A stretch of 64,000 bases of DNA. It comes from the human T2T-CHM13v2.0 reference genome, Homo sapiens. The stretch is from assembly GCF_009914755.1 (NCBI RefSeq), contig NC_060926.1. One strand, 5' to 3'. The notes beneath the pieces are model-generated. The model saw only the letters and a program-made list of their open reading frames with translations, did no database searches and was not told the DNA's origin. Within the stretch, counting starts at the first letter, position 1; the number at the start of each line of letters is the position of its first letter. A program made the translations under genes and the position numbers. Of the stretch, positions 40,966 to 64,000 are shown in pieces.

Positions 40966-41479
40966 AAAATAAATGCAATCTTCAGGGCATTTTTTATCCT
41001 GTAAGATAGTCACATATGAACGAAATATCATTTGAGGTTTTTGTTGATAGCATCAAAATAAAATCCAGCAGAGAATTATGAGCAAATTTTTATAGGATTT
41101 TGCTAAATTTTTACAGTTTTATCTCTAGAGCTCCTTATTATGTCTCACTAATGCTTTTGTCTAGTTCAATTTTCAAATAGAATTTTCATTTTCTTTCATA
41201 TTTCATTCTGTTGGTTTTATTGAGTTTAGTCATTAAAGTATAAAAATGAGAATAAGAGATGCATTATAGCATTAGACATGGCTTCAAGCTCTCTTTTCTG
41301 ACTTCACAGTTACCTCTAACATCCGAGGTTTAGAATTCTATGACTAAAAAGTAATATTCCTATAATATATATTCCTCCTTCACTCTTTTCCTCTTGAACA
41401 TCAGCATTCTCCAGTCGTCTGTTCCGGGCTCACTAGTCTCCACTTTTGTGAATGATTGCACTCACACTGAAATCTCAAA

Positions 41480-41920
41480 CAATTACTGGATGTGATGGCT
41501 CATCTATCCTTATGTATAACCCTGTCTATCTCAAGCTAGATGCCCCATGGACATAGAACACATGTCCTCAAGGCTGCCCCCTTTGCTAGTCCCCATCTCA
41601 GTACATGCCAGCACCTTCCTTCCAGCTACCTAAGCCAGAAATTTGGAAATAATCTTAAAATCTTGGTTCCTCATCCTCACTCTTTCATCAGATTGCGTTG
41701 ATGCTTTTTCTTAAATATCTCTCAAATCATCTCTCTCCATGTGCAGTGACATGAACTGCTCTTTCCTGCTTTTTTTATACATTGTTCGACTAATCTTTCT
41801 CTTTTCAGTCTTACTCACATTAAAAATTCTTCCTTCAGTATTGCTGCCAAGGTGATCTTTCTAACATGCAAATCACAACGTGTCTTACTTGCCAAAACAC
41901 TTCAATATTTTGCAGTGAAA
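41480..41920 (+). mobile_element. L2 LINE fragment
   Basis: 'ccccatctcagta...gcaccttccttccagctacctaagccagaaatttggaaataatctt'. Confidence 0.6.
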
Positions 41921-42340
41921 CTTCTGTTGGTATTTTGGGTGGTTCAGATTTTGTTCTAAGGGATTGGCCTACATACAAGAATTTCAACTTCCTGGGCTCA
42001 TCTACAAAATGCCTAAAATATTCCCCAATCTTTATTACAACCACTAACACCCCCCTCACACATTTCCAAGGGTACTCTAGAGGGTATGGTTACACACCCA
42101 GCTAAGAACCACAGATACTTTCCTTAAAACACCTTCAAAATAATTTTCAATCTCTTTATTTCTACACACAAGTCCCTTTATGAAACCTCAACCTGCTTCT
42201 CTAACTTCATCTCCCATTAACCCCTTGTGTGCAATCTATTACAGAAACTGCCCACTAGGGGCTCCCCAGGCAAGACCATGACTTTTAGGAACTCCATGCC
42301 TTGATCTATGTTGTTCTTTGTGTCTTACCTTCCCTCACTG

Positions 42341-42394
42341 CTCAAGACGCTGTCTTTAACCCTCAAGACACTGTCTTTCTTTAACCCTCAAGAC
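42341..42394. repeat. Short imperfect tandem repeat (about 21-25 bp unit)
   Basis: ctcaagacgctgtctttaacc ctcaagacactgtctttctttaacc ctcaagac. Confidence 0.8.
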
Positions 42395-43345
42395 TCATTA
42401 AGAAAGAGTGTATTCCAGCTACTCTTCCTTGCTTCCTCTCCTCTCCAAATTCCAGCCTAGCTTGAATTTGGCTAGGTCCCATGCTTCCCATGTACAAACC
42501 TAATTAACATTAGTTATCACCATGTATTTATTCAGCTTAGTTGGTATGTTGGTCTGATTTACCCACTAAATAGTATAAACAGCATATAAAGCATGGAGTG
42601 ATTTCCTGTACCATGTTCTGGGTAATAATTTTACATTCCAAAGCAAAAATACCAGTATCTGACATGAAATCCACATGAAAAGCATGTACCCACAATAGAT
42701 TCTTAGTCTGTAGTGTAAATAATCTGGCACCATTGTGAAATTGTTTTTGTCATGTTAATTTTTAAGTTCTATTCTCTTATATTTATTATATTTACATTTC
42801 TGGAGCTGTTTTGTCTTTTGTTGTTTTTTGTTTTACAAATAATGTTTTAAGTTACTTGTCATCAGGTAAAATCAACAGCCCAGAGGACATCCTAGTGTGT
42901 ACTACTCTATCCTCAACCTCTGGCTCACTTTTGGGCCTACTACCTTCTCACATTTATGGGAACTGTGAATAAACCAATTAGAGAAAATGACTTTAACTAT
43001 TCTTTCCACTTTCCAGGGGAAAAAACAGGGGGAAAAAAGTGTATGTGACTGTTTTTCTGCATCTTCTTTGACACTTAATAGTATCAGGTATTTTAATGTT
43101 TGTCCAATTCTGATAGAATTCAATATCTTATTGTTTCTGTTGCATTTTTATTTCTAATGATATTAAATATCTTCCACATTTATCAGTTTTTATATTGTGG
43201 CTTTTGTAAATTACCTGTATAGGACTATGCATATTTTGGAGGTTTTTACAGAAACTGTATTAAACCATTTCTGTAATATATATTACATAAATTTTCCCAA
43301 TTTGAACATGCTTTGAAGCATACTACTGACAGTTTTATAATATAG

Positions 43346-43475
43346 TTTTCTTTTTTTTTATGGTAGGATCTCACTGTCTTGCCAGGGCTAGCCTTGAACT
43401 CCTGGACTCAAGTGATCCTCCCACCTCAGACTACTGAACAGCTGGGACAACAAGTGATTAGCATTGTGCCTGGTT
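43346..43475 (-). mobile_element. FLAM/FAM Alu monomer
   Basis: 'ttgaactcctggactcaagtgatcctcccacctcag'; flanks ttataatatag / ttataatacag (TSD-like). Confidence 0.8.
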
Positions 43476-43607
43476 ATAATACAGATTTAAGATGTATTAT
43501 AGAATCTGATCTTTCATCATTTTATTATTTATATATTTTTTTCATTTCCATTCCAGGATTATTCAACTACTCAATAATTTTTATGCAAACATATTTAGAG
43601 GTTGTAA

Positions 43608-46924
<3,317 letters not shown>

Positions 46925-47629
46925 TTAAATTAGTTCATTTGGGAACTGTTTTGGTATAAGAATTAAAGAAAGAAACATGCTTTCAAATGATAAATAGTTA
47001 TAAATTTACTTTAATAGCATTTACTGGAAAAATGGGAATTTTTTTCTATATTAATTATAATACAGGTACATAGATTCATTTCTAAATATTTTTTGTTCCC
47101 TATGACTGGTAGCTTTTTATTATTTTTAAATATTTACTTGGGCCAGGGCCCACCTTTATTCACCACTTCTGTTTTGGAGGGGATTTTCTAATCACTTTTC
47201 TAGCAAATTTTTTATTCCAATGAGCTTTAGAATAGTTTTGTCAAGTTTTCTGTTTTTATGATCTTATAGGGATTTTCAGTGGGAGTATTTATTAATTTAG
47301 GAAAAAAATTACATTTTTCAAATATTGAGCTTCCCTATGTTAAGGTAGGTTTAGCCCTAATTTTAATTTACATGTCTCAGTCAAGTGTTATGGATTTTTT
47401 CAATCACGTTCTGTAAATTTCTTGTCACGTTTAGGTATACGTTGTATGTTGCTATTGTTACTGGATAATAATCCCTTCTTCAATTGTGTTTCTGTCCAGT
47501 AGTACTAATAGAAACAGTAACATAATATAATGGTAATAATGATGTATGCTTCACACTAGTACAGAAATCAAGTATGATTACTCTCTGAATGTATTTTTCC
47601 AGTTACACATAGTATACAATTTTTCATCA

Positions 47630-48725
47630 TTCAATGAATGTATGTTGAGCATGCACAAATACTAAGAAAATTTTTAGATCCTGTGTAAACAATCCTTGCC
47701 TTTGTAACAAATACAATTAATAGAAAAGACTGACACCTACCAAATAATCACACCCTTTATAAAACATTCTAATTTGTGCTATAAATATAAATATTTATAA
47801 GAAGAAATACAGCGTGCCAAGAAAATTTAACAGGGACTATCTTACCTGAGTTGTGGTGAGGAGTGAGGAGCCTAGTAAAGATTTTGTGAGGATGAGGCAT
47901 TGAGAAGAGTTCTGAAAGGTAAATACAAGTAAACTGGGCAAAGAGAATACACATACAAATGGTTTTCAGCAGGACAGGGAATCTAGAAGCTTTTAGAAAA
48001 TGGACAAAATCCCATGTGAGTGGAGCACAGAGTAACGGAGATAGTGGTGTAAGGAAGCCTGGGAAGAAGGCAGGAGTCAGGTCATGCCAGTACCTCATAG
48101 TTTGAAGATTTTTGTCTTTATCCTAGAAGTTACCACTGAAGCATTTTATAATAAGATGAGTGCGTGTGTGTTGTGTTAGCTAGGGTGGCGGGGGGGAGTG
48201 GGAGGTGACATATTCAGATTTTTATTTCAAATTGATTTCTCTGGCTGTAGTGAGAAGAATGGATCAGAAGAGGGCAAGAGTGCATGCCTGAAAACCTGTC
48301 AGAGGCTATTGAAAAAGCTCAGGCGAGACATAATATTCATGTGGACAAGGATAACGGCAGTGGAGATCAAGAGAAGGATATGACCTTAGGGAATATTTAG
48401 GGGGCAGAATTAGAAATATTTAAGAAGGACAGTACTCTGGCATGGTCTGAGAGAGAGAGAGAGAGGTGACAAAAATGACTCTCGGGTTTCTGGCCTGCCT
48501 AAATGGATGGATAATGACGCTGCTGTCTTTTTTTAAATTTCTGTTAATTTTGAGAATTTTCATTTGTATTTTTTAAATAAATCAACAATAAATGTATGCC
48601 ACCATCCTCCCCAAATGTAGATTATTTCACTTTTTATAGTGTAGAATTTGAGGTGTCTATGGGACATGAAAGTAAAGAAATCCACTGACAGGTCTAATAT
48701 ATAGGCAAGAAATTTGAGAGCTTTG
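47630..48725 (-). mobile_element. L2 LINE fragments
   Basis: 'cattcaatgaatgtatgttgagc', 'gaagatttttgtctttatcctag', 'gtttctggcctgcctaaatggatggataatg'. Confidence 0.7.
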
Positions 48726-48743
48726 GAATGGTCTGGGCAGGCT

Positions 48744-48749
48744 TTTATT
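48744..48749 (-). terminator. Candidate distal COL5A2 poly(A) signal
   Basis: tttatt on + = AATAAA on -; others at 49055, 49068, 49439 and 49672. Confidence 0.6.
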
Positions 48750-49703
48750 GGTAGCATTCCCAAAATCCAAATAAGAACTGTTATTTCTATAGTTGGAAAT
48801 TGTTAGTGTTTGTGACTTAATAGTATTACCACATATTTCTGATTCATCTATATGAACTTATATAATCTTATAGTTTGGACTTGGAAGTCAAACAAAACTC
48901 ACACATGTATTTAGGCATATAAATACTCAAATTTAAGATATACAGGTCAAAATATAACCAGTTTAGGGGAAAATGATGTTGTAAACTAAATATTGAGAAT
49001 GAAACTGAAAACAATTAGGCTAAATTCATATGTGATACACTTTGAGACATATGTTTTATTATTACAGTTTATTCAGTCATGAAAAATCTATTGCTTGCCC
49101 TTTTTATCAATAATACTACTCTGACATTTTTAAGGGCAGAGGCAGTGATAATTGGTGTCATGTTGCCTTTGTGGGTAATGTTGTAGATAGATTTTCATTT
49201 ATAAGCCAGTACATACATGATAGAAGGTATCCGTTGTATCTTTTAAACAAATGGCAAACAAAGTATACCACCACATCTCCTTTTCACTATTGGAAATGAA
49301 ATAGATCTAATATGGTCAAAGGAATTTCACAAAACAAAAACCACTGACATGACAAAAGCGTGCATTTAATTTGATGCTTTGCAGAGATACATGACCAAAG
49401 TTGTATGCATGGCTTGTCTTTTGGGATGGTCCCAGCTGTTTATTTTAAAAGAAAAAAATTAAAATAGAGCCAACAAATGCAATTAAGAAAAAAAAAGTAT
49501 TGAGACACAAGGGGACCTACATGTTCTGGTCTAAGAAGCATGCAAGTATTACAAAGCATTCCAGATACAGTATGACAGAGGAACAGTGAACAAGCATTGG
49601 AACGATGCTCTTTCTTTCAGAAACGGGAAGTCTAACAGTTATGTTTTCACAATGGTAGTGATTAAACCATCTTTATTTTTAAGGAATTTTATAGGAAGAA
49701 TTT

Positions 49704-49711
49704 TAGCACCA
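49704..49711 (-). promoter_or_regulatory. miR-29 8mer site (second 7mer at 49782-49788)
   Basis: tagcacca on + = TGGTGCTA in mRNA. Confidence 0.8.
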
Positions 49712-49842
49712 TCATTAAAGGAAAAATAATAATACCTTTTTAGCCCTGCCTATCTCCAGTCTTGGAATAATAACAGAAGCATAGCACCTTTCAGTATCTA
49801 AAATATAAACAAGAATAGTAAGTCCATCCCAGCTTCTAGAGA

Positions 49843-49850
49843 TGAGGTAG
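49843..49850 (-). promoter_or_regulatory. let-7 8mer site
   Basis: tgaggtag on + = CTACCTCA in mRNA. Confidence 0.75.
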
Positions 49851-50900
49851 CTCATGCTAAGAAATGTTGGGTCATTTTTCCTATGAAAGTTCAAAGGCCA
49901 AATGGTCTAATTCCAATCATCACATTTGATTAGAGTCAGCTCCACAACTCAGTTTCTAGATCTTTTTCTTCATTATAGGCTTCAGGATGATGAGATTGTA
50001 CATGTGGAAGAGTCTCAATTTAGAGTCCTTGGACATATGTTTGTAAAGTTCTATATGTCAATTATTTTGCATTCAATATCTTCTTAAATAAGAAAGTGTA
50101 AATGTATTAAATGGTATATACTAGTGTGACTTCTATCAATATTGATAGATTGATCAAGAGGAGAAAGATATCTTTAAATTTGAATGAGAAAGATGTCTAA
50201 ACTTATAGTCTTTTACAAAAATTTAAGAAGTCGAAGTAAATTCACTTTGTTCTCCAAAATGCCACTGAATATATACTATTTAAAAATTCTATTTAAGACA
50301 GTGAGAAACGTTTTTTTTTTTTTAAGATTCTCCTTAAAGAGTCTCTATTATAGTTACACAATATCAAGACATGCATGTAGGTCTCGATCACAAGTTAAAC
50401 ATTTTAAACTCATTTTTAATTGACAATCTTGGAATGAGAGGTCACAAAAGGGCACTAATTTCTATTTTTCAACTGCAGCCAAGCAAAATAAACATGTGTT
50501 GTGGCTCTATATACCCCACTCTTTAAGCTACCTGCCAGGAAGAAGAATTTCCTCATAAATACTAAGCAACTTTTTCATTACACTGAAATAAATTGAAGAA
50601 AACGGAGATTTATTTATTCAATCAGTTTACTTTCTGCAAAGGTGGTCATTGTCATTGGTCATCTTAAACCTAAACTGTTGTATTGAAAAATATTTAAAAT
50701 CAATTAAAACTTGAGGATTGTAAGTAAAATAAATATTCTGAAGGATAAGGAGGCCAGGCACTTAAGACCATATATACAATGCTGATGCAGGATCAGCCAT
50801 TACTTCAAGAGTCTCAGGATCAACTTCAAACAGTCAAAGTTCTTGTGAATGGCGGTGGTCATTGATGGTGGTGCTCATTGTCGATGTGTCTTGGCTTACT

Positions 50901-62739
<11,839 letters not shown>

Positions 62740-63667
62740 CTAACAAGAATAACCATGATATTATTTTTTAACATTTATTCTAAAACAACAATATTCCATA
62801 TGTTCATGTTATTCTTATAGTATTAATAATGGGAAAAAATACCCTTTAAAACTTATTTTTACTTATTATTTTAACTATTTTACTTATATTTATTAATTAA
62901 TAAATCAAATTGAAAAGAATAAAGTTATTTCTTCCTAATTTCAAGTCTCATCCTTTCCCTCACCTACTCCCTATTGCTCGCACGTCAAGATCATTGGAGT
63001 ATAGGAGTGATCACCTCCAGAATTTAACATGTTTTCTAGAGCACCAATCTTTAAGCTGGAATATTGGTATACTTGGAATACACAAAGACTTTCCAAAGAC
63101 TGTGAAAACAAAGAAAATTTTAAGGAAACCACCTTCTAGATTTTCCTCTCCTTATGTATTCTTTCAGAAAACTATATTTTGATTATCCTTCCTTACTTCC
63201 CCTAAATAATCCACCTTCTCTCATTTTGTAAAAGAAAAGCAGAAATCATACCATCTGCAATCTTATTATGATGCAATGTCCCAAGGAATAAATACCTCTA
63301 GGCACTGAACTAAGGGACTTTTCCAGAATGCATAGTTTACTTGAGTATAAAGCTACGAAGGATTTGGAAAATAAAGAGGCTCCTTTTTATTTTATCCAGA
63401 TGACACAATTATGACAAGGCTCCAAATATTACTTGTCTCCTTAAGAAGTCAGAGGTGAGATAAGCGTTATATGAACATGTCTAAACATAAATATTTGACT
63501 TGAAAAATTGAGTCAGACTGTATTTTCTGACAAAAAATTGTCTTATTTGACTGATAAATTTATCAACCTAGATAAACTTTGGCAATTAGGTTATAGAACA
63601 GACACATAATACATTGAATAAGCTGAATTGGCAACTTCAAGGTTTTGAAAAAAAAAAAAAAATACTT

Positions 63668-64000
<333 letters not shown>

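Larger units (their letters stand above)
48730..50900 (-). other. COL5A2: COL5A2 3'UTR (about 2.1-2.2 kb)
   Basis: Downstream of the stop on the - strand; several AATAAA (tttatt on +); end approximate. Confidence 0.8.

Overview
Human chromosome 2q32.2 fibrillar-collagen locus. The + strand carries COL3A1 (pro-alpha1(III)) from late intron 1 through exons 2-51. The stop codon is at 28615-28617 and the 3'UTR runs to about 29590. The 50 exons total 4322 coding nt and all have canonical AG/GT boundaries. The - strand carries the 3' end of COL5A2 (pro-alpha2(V)): exons 46-54, stop at 50901-50903, 3'UTR to about 48730. The two paralogues lie tail-to-tail across about 19 kb of repeat-rich DNA: MLT1 and ERVL LTRs, L2, Alus, a MER52-like solo LTR, an Alu-L1PB chimera and a 3.3-kb 5'-truncated L1PA2/3. 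The MIR3606 hairpin ends at the exon 22 acceptor. This is a well-studied locus and I see no evidence of a new protein-coding system; most ORF-track entries are exon pieces, repeat-derived or antisense shadows. The best second-look items are structural: an Alu-L1 chimera inside one apparent TSD pair, a 19-bp micro-inversion inside that L1, a duplicated hairpin arm complementary to the exon 16 splice donor, and two fold-back microsatellites in COL3A1 introns. Shared miR-29/let-7 8mer sites occur in both convergent 3'UTRs. Repeat subfamily names are by-eye calls and were not checked with RepeatMasker.
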